DNA of 58,229 nt from Ginsengibacter sp. (GTDB lineage: Bacteria > Bacteroidota > Bacteroidia > Chitinophagales > Chitinophagaceae): positions 1 to 58,229 of the forward strand of contig JBDTEF010000006.1 of assembly GCA_039922615.1 (NCBI GenBank). Direction: 5' to 3'. Positions 31,361 to 40,272 of this stretch are shown one piece after another. Within the stretch, counting starts at the first letter, position 1. Each line of letters opens with the position of its first letter. The notes under the pieces are model-generated. The model ran no database searches. It was not told where the DNA came from and saw only the letters and a program-made list of their open reading frames with translations. Position numbers and translations under genes: made by a program.

Positions 31361-32620
31361 TTAAAAAGGTGAACCTGTTCCATTGATGACGGTGCCGGCT
31401 GTGGATGAGTCACTGAAAAAAGTAGCGATGCCAAATGCCAGTACAGAAACAATAATTCCTATCATAAAAATATTATAAGCCAATCTTAATAGTTTATACT
31501 TTCTTCCTAGGACAATACCAAGAAAATAAATATCTTTTACCAGTGTGCCATACAGATAATCCGTATCCATCATTAATTCCCTCATGGCAAGGTCATATTG
31601 CTCATAGGTAGCTTTGTAAAAATTGCCAAAAAAAAGTAAATTGGTTTTCCTGCTTTTGACGTCTTCCATCGTAAAATTTCCCTCGCTGATTTTCGGCCTC
31701 GTTGCTAAAATTGAAATCACAATCGTAGTGACGGCAACCAACAGAAAAATGATAGTTGGAATGATCAGGTAAGTTTCTTCCGACAACTTTCTAAGAAGGA
31801 CACCAAGGATTACAGAAATGATGATGGCATTTACAGAAATAAGAATATTGGCTTTACTATCAGCCATATCACTTAATTTCAGATGATTCTGAGAAGTAAG
31901 CCGCAACATGGTTTGTATGCCTTTGCTCATTAGCCCGGATTTGTCTTTGTTCATCTCTGAAAATGCCGGAATACCCGCGTCTTCCCTATGCTTTTTCTTT
32001 TTATTAACTGCCACTTGGATAGATTTTTTCTTAGACTTTTTTTCTAACCTTTTAATGTTTTTTTCCTTCCCTGTGTTTAATAGTTCCTTGCAATAATTTG
32101 TAAAAAACTGGTGATCTTCCAAGAACCGGATAGACTGATTAAGAAATTCAAGCGGCGTCACAACCTTGCCACGAAGTTTTACTTCTTCATAAATTTTCTT
32201 GTTGGTTACTTTAAAGTTTTTGGTTCCAAGGTCATAGCTATCTCCGTCGCAAAGTATTTGCTGCAATAAATTTTTTGGATTGTAGGGAACTTTCGTAGCC
32301 AATATACAACCTGATATTTGATCAATGGTATCCGGCTCAGCTACCACATCGATCATAAATTTCTTCATCACATCTACACTCATTTCTTCATGCTTTTCCG
32401 GCTCTGTAAATAGATATCCGGTATCATGAAACCAGGCCGCGGCATAGAGAATCAACATTTCTGTTTCAGATACATTATAGTGACCTGCAATTTCCTGGGT
32501 ATGTTTTACGACAATTTTTGTATGGTCCAGGTTGTGATAACTGAGGTTAGGTGAGTGCATCTGGTTAAACAATCCTGTAACATAATCTTCTATTCTTTTA
32601 TCTATTTTGTGATAATCCAT
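31361..32620 (-). CDS. HD-domain phosphohydrolase fused to a Pycsar-effector-like (DUF5706) 3-TM domain
   Basis: YHNLDHT, WFHDTG, HE and CDGD HD motifs; C-terminal MADSKANILISVN, RP, NLLFFGNF and KY..LR.AY with three TM helices. Confidence 0.85.
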   Translation of the reverse strand: MDYHKIDKRIEDYVTGLFNQMHSPNLSYHNLDHTKIVVKHTQEIAGHYNVSETEMLILYAAAWFHDTGYLFTEPEKHEEMSVDVMKKFMIDVVAEPDTIDQISGCILATKVPYNPKNLLQQILCDGDSYDLGTKNFKVTNKKIYEEVKLRGKVVTPLEFLNQSIRFLEDHQFFTNYCKELLNTGKEKNIKRLEKKSKKKSIQVAVNKKKKHREDAGIPAFSEMNKDKSGLMSKGIQTMLRLTSQNHLKLSDMADSKANILISVNAIIISVILGVLLRKLSEETYLIIPTIIFLLVAVTTIVISILATRPKISEGNFTMEDVKSRKTNLLFFGNFYKATYEQYDLAMRELMMDTDYLYGTLVKDIYFLGIVLGRKYKLLRLAYNIFMIGIIVSVLAFGIATFFSDSSTAGTVINGTGSPF

Positions 32621-32624
32621 GATC

Positions 32625-35600
32625 TTAAAAAGTTAAATTGAATTTGGTACCTAAAGAAAAATTGAACAGGTTCTCTTCAGGTGAATGAGCAATAGTAGCT
32701 GATATAATTGCAAAGTTAAACGGTGAAAAATATAAACCACCACCATAATCATGATGCCACTTATGGGAGATTTCATTTTTCATCCATACTCTTCCCACTT
32801 CATGAAACGCGACGAGTCCGACATTTCCCGGCACCCAGTACGATTTTAACTCAAATAATTTAATGCGTAATTCCGTTGTTTGGTAGGCATAGGATTGTCC
32901 TGCAAACCGGTTTTTCCTATAACCTCTTAAATAATTATCGCTTCCCAAAGTTAATGCCTGGAAATATTGAAAATTATCCGTAAAAATATGTCCGCCACCA
33001 AAACGCAATATGGCTACTACTTTCGCCGGTTCACTCAGGCTTGCATGCACGGAAAGATCGGATGTGAGTTTTGTCAGGTTGTTACTTGATTTTTGTATTC
33101 CATACAATGAAGTTAAAACCGTATTCCAAATGACTCCCCTCGTTGGTAATAATTCACTATTCAGATTATTGATAGAGATTGCCATTTTACCACCAACGTA
33201 ACTTTTATCACTATAAACTTTTAACGAATCAAGACCAATTGCTGCCGGATTTTCCAGGACTTTTCCAGTGTTATCATTATACTTATTCCAATAATGATAA
33301 TATGATGGACCAAAATACACTTGAATAAGATCATTAAAATATCTTTTGCGTAACAGAACTTCAGCATCTACAAAATGATAGCGCACCCTATTGAATTCCT
33401 GGTTTTTTAAATTGACCGTATTATTTCCCAATCCATAAAAATTACTCAATACAGGGTTAAAAAATCTACCGTGAAGCACGAGATCATTGTTCCCTTTTAC
33501 CTCGTTGAATATGCCTGTGTATTCCGTTTGAATAGCGGATGAAAATGGACTAATTAGAAATGCCAGCTTATTGTACGTTGAATAAGGCGCTTTTCTGAAA
33601 CCATACGTTTTTATAGAAAATCCTGTTCCGATCAATAACTTATCTTCCGCATTCCATCCTGCAGTAAGCAATGGTATTTGTTTTTCGGGGTATTTAAAAT
33701 TAATAAAATCATACCTGTTTATATAAGGTGAGGCTGACATTTTGTTCCTGGTTCTGTTGCCTTGTTGTATCACATTATTTCCCGGAAGATAATCGTAAAT
33801 TTTATTTCGAATATTCCCGTTTATTTGGAAAGTATCAACACCTTCTCCACCTATAATTCTTAATTTAATAGAAGACTTGGTGCCCGGCTCCACATGGAAT
33901 ATATCTTCCCCATTCAATCCATAGAGATTAATATATTTGGTTTCCCTGGGATCAAATATCCTGCTATACATCAGGGAAGATGAATCATTGTCTTCTTTTC
34001 TTTTGTAAACATTGATCGCAAGTTTATCACCAGCATTGGCAAGTTCAAAGTATTCACTTTTATTGCTGCCCACTATGTTCACTTCTTTTGAAAGAAATCG
34101 ATAGTATTTCATTCCTTCCTTTGTCAGCAGATTTTTTCTGCTTATTAATTTCCCGGTTAATTCAGCCGAGTCTAATTTGTAAATTTCAGGAGGCAATTTT
34201 TTTACGGCTAAATTGATAAGCGAATCATTGACATTCCTTTGAAATTGCGCTATGGTTTTTTCCCAACTTTGCCTGTCAAGATTATTCATAAAAATTCTAT
34301 CGAAGTCCCTGGCTTCCCAATTAAAGCCTTTAATGTCAGGATAATTCTTCTTAAATCCCTGCAGGTAAGGAAAAGCTAATTTAACCACTGCTTTTACCAA
34401 TAGGCCATTAGAATTAAAAAATGACTGATCCCTGTCACGGGGCACGGGGTAATACAATTTCCCTACGCCAGTATCCCCGGTTCCAAATTTCCACTGATCC
34501 AAATGGCGATCCCAGTCGCCAATAACCATATCCAGCAAGCGTGCCCGCAGTACCGCTTCCTGGTCCACATGGTACTTGCTATCTTCCAGGATTTTATTGA
34601 TAACCTTTACTGTGCTTTTAGTATCTGTGCCATCCGGAGTGGGATCATCTTCTTCTAAAATGCAGACTTTATTAGCAAACACCTGTCTGAAATTTCCCAG
34701 GGCGGGATCATCCGGCACAAAATAATATTTAGGAGATGCATGAGCTACATCGATCGCTTTGGCAATAGGTGGTACAATGGCTGCGCCAAAAGGATGCTGC
34801 GCGGACGTCATATCCTGGACAATCTTCTGCGCCGCAGTGCCTAACAATTCTATTGGTACTACACCTTCAGGATCCTTATCGACAGTTCTCAAAGCCCAAT
34901 TTTTACCGTTTTTATCTTTTAATTTCAACGATTTAGTCTGTTTGCCTCCTCCTAATTTTTGTATGGCAAATCCCCCCATTTCCTTATTGATCCGAAATAC
35001 TTTCAAGTGCACAGGTGTAGCCCATTCCGCCCGGTAATTATCACCCGAGATAAAACGGTGAAAGCCTGAGATATTTGCATAATTCTTATTAATGGCCACT
35101 TCAACACTATCTTTAAAAAAACCTTCGGGTATTGATTCCGGTATTGTTGTAGAATCAGGCCCCGCTGCTATCAGTGGTCCATAATTAAAAAGATTTTTGG
35201 AAAAAGAATGATTGACCGAAGTCTCATTAACAGTATAAAAATCGATGTGAACATTTTTATTTTTCGAAATCTCAATGCTGGCAAAGCCCATGGAATCTGC
35301 AACATATTGTGCTTCTTTTCCTTTTGAAACCCTGGTATTTTTGGAGCCCGCACCGCTTACAATATAAAAATTGCTGCTATCCTTTATCAATTGAAGATTA
35401 TGTTCATGACCGCCTGCAAATATAATATTGGGATTGTCTCTTGTAATTTTTTGCACATTTTTAATTAAGGAAGCATATGCCGGATATTTCAAATCTTCAG
35501 GCGTGCCAAAAACGCCCCTGGCAATTGGATAAATAGTTCCTAAAACCGGTAAGGGTATCCACAAATTTGGTTTCAGATCTGTAAATGGAAAAAGATGTTG

Positions 35601-36272
35601 TTTTAAGGTAAAATAGCCACCATGTATCCCATAACTTTTAAGTGTATGGTGAGATGCCATGATGATCAGTTTATCTTTATTGCTGCTGACTACATCATCT
35701 AATTCTGTATAAAATTGTTCCGGCGTTTTCGCAGCGCAGTCAGATTCTACACCCGGCTTGGTTCCCTTTTGAATAAACCACTGGCTGTCATAAACGATAA
35801 CAATTACTTCATCAGAAATTTTGTAAACTTCCGGCCCGGGACAACCGTCGACTGGTAAAAATTTTACTCTTTTATCGCCAAGTCCATTAATATATTCCTG
35901 TTGATTGAGCACATTGTCAATACCATGTATGCTTCCATCGCTCCAATCATGATTTCCAGGGATAAACAAGGCCGTTGCTTTAGTTCCTTTCACCACATTT
36001 ATTTGGGAATCAAGCACATTTTTAGCATCATTAAAAGCTGGCAGATATTGATCAGGCAAACCTGTTTTATACAAATTATCTCCCAGGAAAATGACAGTTG
36101 TGTTTTTATTCAAAGGGATAATTTGCCTTACTGCATCTATTACCGGTTGCCTGCCGTCATTCAGTTTCCCTGCATCTCCTATGAGTACTACCCTTGTAAC
36201 AATGGAATCTTTTTGTGCATTGACCTGAAAAATAATAAATAAGCAGACCAGGAAGGTAAATCCTTTTTTCAT
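32625..36272 (-). CDS. Metallophosphoesterase / kinase-like / Omp85 beta-barrel fusion outer-membrane protein
   Basis: Signal peptide; GDAG, GDNLY, GNHD, SHH and GHEH motifs; central GGGKQT...DWDRH.DQW...RDRD; C-terminal LRGY loop and terminal Phe. Confidence 0.8.
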   Translation of the reverse strand: MKKGFTFLVCLFIIFQVNAQKDSIVTRVVLIGDAGKLNDGRQPVIDAVRQIIPLNKNTTVIFLGDNLYKTGLPDQYLPAFNDAKNVLDSQINVVKGTKATALFIPGNHDWSDGSIHGIDNVLNQQEYINGLGDKRVKFLPVDGCPGPEVYKISDEVIVIVYDSQWFIQKGTKPGVESDCAAKTPEQFYTELDDVVSSNKDKLIIMASHHTLKSYGIHGGYFTLKQHLFPFTDLKPNLWIPLPVLGTIYPIARGVFGTPEDLKYPAYASLIKNVQKITRDNPNIIFAGGHEHNLQLIKDSSNFYIVSGAGSKNTRVSKGKEAQYVADSMGFASIEISKNKNVHIDFYTVNETSVNHSFSKNLFNYGPLIAAGPDSTTIPESIPEGFFKDSVEVAINKNYANISGFHRFISGDNYRAEWATPVHLKVFRINKEMGGFAIQKLGGGKQTKSLKLKDKNGKNWALRTVDKDPEGVVPIELLGTAAQKIVQDMTSAQHPFGAAIVPPIAKAIDVAHASPKYYFVPDDPALGNFRQVFANKVCILEEDDPTPDGTDTKSTVKVINKILEDSKYHVDQEAVLRARLLDMVIGDWDRHLDQWKFGTGDTGVGKLYYPVPRDRDQSFFNSNGLLVKAVVKLAFPYLQGFKKNYPDIKGFNWEARDFDRIFMNNLDRQSWEKTIAQFQRNVNDSLINLAVKKLPPEIYKLDSAELTGKLISRKNLLTKEGMKYYRFLSKEVNIVGSNKSEYFELANAGDKLAINVYKRKEDNDSSSLMYSRIFDPRETKYINLYGLNGEDIFHVEPGTKSSIKLRIIGGEGVDTFQINGNIRNKIYDYLPGNNVIQQGNRTRNKMSASPYINRYDFINFKYPEKQIPLLTAGWNAEDKLLIGTGFSIKTYGFRKAPYSTYNKLAFLISPFSSAIQTEYTGIFNEVKGNNDLVLHGRFFNPVLSNFYGLGNNTVNLKNQEFNRVRYHFVDAEVLLRKRYFNDLIQVYFGPSYYHYWNKYNDNTGKVLENPAAIGLDSLKVYSDKSYVGGKMAISINNLNSELLPTRGVIWNTVLTSLYGIQKSSNNLTKLTSDLSVHASLSEPAKVVAILRFGGGHIFTDNFQYFQALTLGSDNYLRGYRKNRFAGQSYAYQTTELRIKLFELKSYWVPGNVGLVAFHEVGRVWMKNEISHKWHHDYGGGLYFSPFNFAIISATIAHSPEENLFNFSLGTKFNLTF

Positions 36273-37180
36273 TTGTGATTTGTTAGCTTTTTAAATATGA
36301 ATAAACTTCCCTTTCCGTATTTATCACCTGCTTCGCTGGAAATAATCAAATCTCCCCATGGAGCAAAAGTAATTCCTTCCGGTTGACGCATTATGCCAGG
36401 ATCAAGTGGATACACATCTTTTACAACGCCTTTTTTATCAATAACTACGATCATTTTATTGATAGATGAAAGCACCCATACATCATTTGTTCCAGGATTG
36501 ATGGCAGCGGCTGAGGGCTTAAACTTCATGTCGTTTTCCCCTGTAATTTTCTCAATTTCTTTTACGTCGATTTGAAATATACCAGGGATATATGTTCCAG
36601 TTTTAGTGTCAAATCCGAAAGCAGTAACTGTATTCTGTTTTTTATCCTCTTTGCATTCTTTACATATCATTACTAATTGCTGCCTGTCTCCATCATAGTA
36701 CAGCGTTTCAAACTCATTATTTTTTTTACCACCACCATCAAAATTAGATTTATCCACCACAAGCGAATCACCATTACGTGAAAATTTGACGGTGTAAATA
36801 TCTCCATTGCTTTGTAAAACATAAAAAGTACTATCGTGCAAAACAATATCTTCAAAATCATGTGTTTTAGAGAACTTCCATTTTTCTACCAGGGGATTTT
36901 TTGTGGTAAGATGGATTTTAAATAAATAGCCGTTACCGTCAGAAATTGCAAATACGCTTGTGTCTTTCGCATAAAATGCATTTCCTGAAATTTCCTGGAG
37001 TTCATCACTTAACCTGATAATAAGGGGATTCTTTAAATCATAACCGGAGCTTGATGATTTAGCCTTCTCATTATATACAGCCTTACCATTTTCATTACTT
37101 TTTTTAGCATTGGTACATCCGGGCAAAAATCCTATCAATAAAAATAGAATGAAAAAAGTATTCAGGTATCTGGTAAACAT
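36269..37180 (-). CDS. SdiA-regulated (YjiK)-like beta-propeller lipoprotein
   Basis: Lipobox LPGC; EISG, DFEDI, EFETL, FKPSAAAINP, QPEGITF and SSE repeats. Confidence 0.75.
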   Translation of the reverse strand: MFTRYLNTFFILFLLIGFLPGCTNAKKSNENGKAVYNEKAKSSSSGYDLKNPLIIRLSDELQEISGNAFYAKDTSVFAISDGNGYLFKIHLTTKNPLVEKWKFSKTHDFEDIVLHDSTFYVLQSNGDIYTVKFSRNGDSLVVDKSNFDGGGKKNNEFETLYYDGDRQQLVMICKECKEDKKQNTVTAFGFDTKTGTYIPGIFQIDVKEIEKITGENDMKFKPSAAAINPGTNDVWVLSSINKMIVVIDKKGVVKDVYPLDPGIMRQPEGITFAPWGDLIISSEAGDKYGKGSLFIFKKLTNHK

Positions 37181-37241
37181 TTTTTTATAATGTAAATATT
37201 GGTAATAGAATTGATATTGATATAAAGATCAACCTTATATA

Positions 37242-37256
37242 ACTAACATTATACCA
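37242..37256 (-). promoter_or_regulatory. Putative sigma54-like element upstream of the five-gene operon
   Basis: Minus strand TGGTATAATGTTAGT (GG-N10-GT), about 60 nt upstream of ATG 37180. Confidence 0.4.
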
Positions 37257-37265
37257 AAAAGCAGG

Positions 37266-37313
37266 GAGAAGTTAAGAAGTAAAGAAGTTAGGAAGTGAAG
37301 TAGTCAGGAAGTC
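37266..37313. repeat. Degenerate 8-bp tandem array (6 units, RRGAAGTN)
   Basis: gagaagtt aagaagta aagaagtt aggaagtg aagtagtc aggaagtc. Confidence 0.8.
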
Positions 37314-37425
37314 TTCATTTAAGAAGTAAAACCAAAAGATTTTTGCCAAAATGTACAACATTTATTGTTCATAACTCTCCCTGCAACTAGCGGAATCATC
37401 AGTTAATAATCCTAAAAACTACAAC

Positions 37426-40050
37426 CTAACTCTTCACCATTCCTTTAATCTCCTGTAATTTTAGTAACGCTTCGACAGGTGTAAGGCGGTTAATATCTAC
37501 GGCATTTAAGGTAGTTCGGATGTCCTCGAAGGCCTGGGAATGTGTATCGAAAATACTTAACTGCAACTGTGGCGCATTAAGGCTTTTCAAATGCTGACTT
37601 ATATTCTTTTTTTTATGAGTTGGATTTGCTTCTTCATCGCTCAGATCAACATTCTTGGATTCAAGTTGTTTGAGAATTTCATTCGCCCTGTTAATCAATG
37701 AAGGCGGCATACCGGCCATTTTTGCTACATGAATACCAAAACTATGTACGCTGCCACCTGGTACTAATTTTCTTAAAAAAATAATTTTATTACCTGCTTC
37801 TTTATTGCTTACATGGAAATTTTTTACACGGTCAAATTTATTCTCTAATTCATTTAATTCATGATAGTGTGTGGCAAATAATGTTTTGGGAACAAAAGGG
37901 GAGTGATGCAAATGCTCAACGATACTCCAGGCAATCGAAATACCATCATAAGTAGAGGTGCCGCGACCTATTTCATCCAACAAAATCAGGCTCCTTGCAG
38001 TAATGTTGTTTATGATGCTGGCAGTTTCATTCATCTCAACCATAAACGTGCTTTCGCCACTGCTAAGATTATCACTTGCCCCAACACGGGTAAATATTTT
38101 ATCGGTAAGGGGAATTAAAGATTCATCCGCTGGTACAAAGCTTCCAATGTGTGCCATCAAAGTGATTAATGCCACCTGTCTCAAAATGGCACTTTTACCA
38201 CTCATATTCGGACCGGTCAAAATAATGATCTGTTGGGAATTGGGATCTAAAAATATATCATTTGGTATATAACTTTCCCCTTGTGGCAAATTTCTTTCAA
38301 TCACCGGATGCCTGCTTCCCGTTAGTTGAATGTCAAGGCCATCATGCAACTCCGGTTTTTTGTATTTATAACTGACTGCATTAAAGGCGAAACAAATTAT
38401 GCAATCAAGGATAGCAAGCACATGACCATTTAATTGCATTGGCGCAATGAAATCTTCCAGTTCAATTAATAAATTCTCAAAAATATTCTGTTCTAATTGT
38501 AGGATCTTATCCTCCGCACCGGTTATTTTTTCTTCATATTCTTTTAATTCAGGCGTAATGTATCTTTCCGCATTGGTAAGTGTTTGTTTCCGGATCCAAT
38601 TTGCGGGCACCCTGTCTTTGTGCGTGTGTGTCACTTCCAGGAAATAGCCAAACACATTGTTGAAGCCAATCTTTAAGGAGGATATACCGGTGAGTTCGCT
38701 TTCTTTTTGCTGTAATCTCAGCAAGTGTCCCTTACCGTTAGTAACAATATCCTTCAATTCATCCAATGACTCATCAATACCCGGACGTATAATATTTCCT
38801 TTGGAAGCCGCTATAGGCGGGTTTTCTATGATTTCAGCCGTTATTTTGTCTGCAATGTATTTGCATGGATTCAATGAGTCCGATAATCTTTTCAGGTATT
38901 CATTATTACTTTTTGCACCCAAATCTTTTATTTGTTCAACAAGGTTTAATCCTTTGGCAATTTGCAGGACTTCACGGGGATTTATTTTTTTTAAGGAAAT
39001 CTTTCCCGCTAATCTTTCAATGTCTCCTGCCTGTTTGATATATTGGTTAATTTTTATTTTATCCTCGGTATTTTTTATGAAATATTCCACTAGGTTTAAG
39101 CGCTCAACTATCTTACTTTTTTCTGTAAGAGGCAATAGTAGCCAGCGTTTCATTAATCTGGCACCCATAGGAGAGACCGTGTTATCCAACACGCGAAGCA
39201 AAGAAGTCTTGCTATCTGCATTTCCCAATAATTCCAGGTTTTGAATGGTAAACCGATCCATCCATAAATAATCGCCTTTGTCTATTCGCTGTAAAGAAGA
39301 TATGTGATGAAGGTTGGGATGCTCGGTGTCTTTTAAATAATGTAAAATGGCGCCTGCTGCTATAATACCTACTTTTAAATTTTCAACCCCGAAGCCCTTC
39401 AAACTCTGTGTGCCAAAGTGTTTCAGCAATGTATCCTGGGCATATTGTTCAGTAAATATCCATTCATCTAAAGTATAAGTATAGAATTTTGAACCAAAAT
39501 AACCCTTAAATTCTTTCTGTTGGTTTCGTTGAAAAATAACTTCTGCAGGATTGAGGCTCTGTAGTAGTTTGTCAGCATATTCTTTGTCACCTTCGGCAAT
39601 AAAAAATTCTCCGGTAGAAATATCCAGGAAAGCAATACCGGTCTTTTCTTCCTGAAAATGGATGCCGCATAAGAAATTATTATTTTTATGTTCCAGCAGT
39701 TTGTCATTTGTGGCGACCCCGGGCGTTATTAATTCAGTTACGCCGCGCTTTACAATTCCTTTTGCCTGTTTTGGATCTTCCAGCTGATCGCAAATGGCCA
39801 CACGATATCCTGCTTTTACCAATTTGTGCAAATAAGTATCGAGAGCATGATGCGGGAAGCCAGCCAACTCCAAAGCCGTTGCTGCACTGTTTCTCTTGGT
39901 CAAAGTAATTCCCAGCACCTGTGAAGCAACTATAGCATCCTGTCCAAATGTTTCATAAAAATCACCCACTCTGAAAAGCAAAATGGCATCAGGATATTTA
40001 GCCTTGATAGCACTATGTTGTTTCATTAAAGGAGTATCAGGCGATGCCAT
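37426..40050 (-). CDS. mutS: DNA mismatch repair protein MutS
   Basis: TPLMKQ, FRVGDFYE, Walker A GPNMSGKS, DEIGRGT, FATHYHEL; clamp-binding QLSIF. Confidence 0.98.
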   Translation of the reverse strand: MASPDTPLMKQHSAIKAKYPDAILLFRVGDFYETFGQDAIVASQVLGITLTKRNSAATALELAGFPHHALDTYLHKLVKAGYRVAICDQLEDPKQAKGIVKRGVTELITPGVATNDKLLEHKNNNFLCGIHFQEEKTGIAFLDISTGEFFIAEGDKEYADKLLQSLNPAEVIFQRNQQKEFKGYFGSKFYTYTLDEWIFTEQYAQDTLLKHFGTQSLKGFGVENLKVGIIAAGAILHYLKDTEHPNLHHISSLQRIDKGDYLWMDRFTIQNLELLGNADSKTSLLRVLDNTVSPMGARLMKRWLLLPLTEKSKIVERLNLVEYFIKNTEDKIKINQYIKQAGDIERLAGKISLKKINPREVLQIAKGLNLVEQIKDLGAKSNNEYLKRLSDSLNPCKYIADKITAEIIENPPIAASKGNIIRPGIDESLDELKDIVTNGKGHLLRLQQKESELTGISSLKIGFNNVFGYFLEVTHTHKDRVPANWIRKQTLTNAERYITPELKEYEEKITGAEDKILQLEQNIFENLLIELEDFIAPMQLNGHVLAILDCIICFAFNAVSYKYKKPELHDGLDIQLTGSRHPVIERNLPQGESYIPNDIFLDPNSQQIIILTGPNMSGKSAILRQVALITLMAHIGSFVPADESLIPLTDKIFTRVGASDNLSSGESTFMVEMNETASIINNITARSLILLDEIGRGTSTYDGISIAWSIVEHLHHSPFVPKTLFATHYHELNELENKFDRVKNFHVSNKEAGNKIIFLRKLVPGGSVHSFGIHVAKMAGMPPSLINRANEILKQLESKNVDLSDEEANPTHKKKNISQHLKSLNAPQLQLSIFDTHSQAFEDIRTTLNAVDINRLTPVEALLKLQEIKGMVKS

Positions 40051-40272
40051 TTAGAATAAATTTCAAACGAAAATACAGAATTGCAAAATAGAAGGGTCGC
40101 ATGTTTAGGAACTCATTTGATCTCCGGTTCATTTAAGAAAAAATAATTCCCGCCAATTGTGATAAAAAATTTAATAATCCCATCGGCATCCATTAATAAA
40201 ATAATACCCATAGCGGGTTTCGTGGTATTTTTAGCGATTTTTAATTTTATTGGTTCACCATAGACTTATCAC

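Noticed and set aside
28249-32620. Calling the locus a canonical Pycsar defence system
   Set aside because: The cyclase is membrane-anchored, the effector carries an HD domain, ppk1 intervenes, and there is no defence-island context. Kept only as Pycsar-like.
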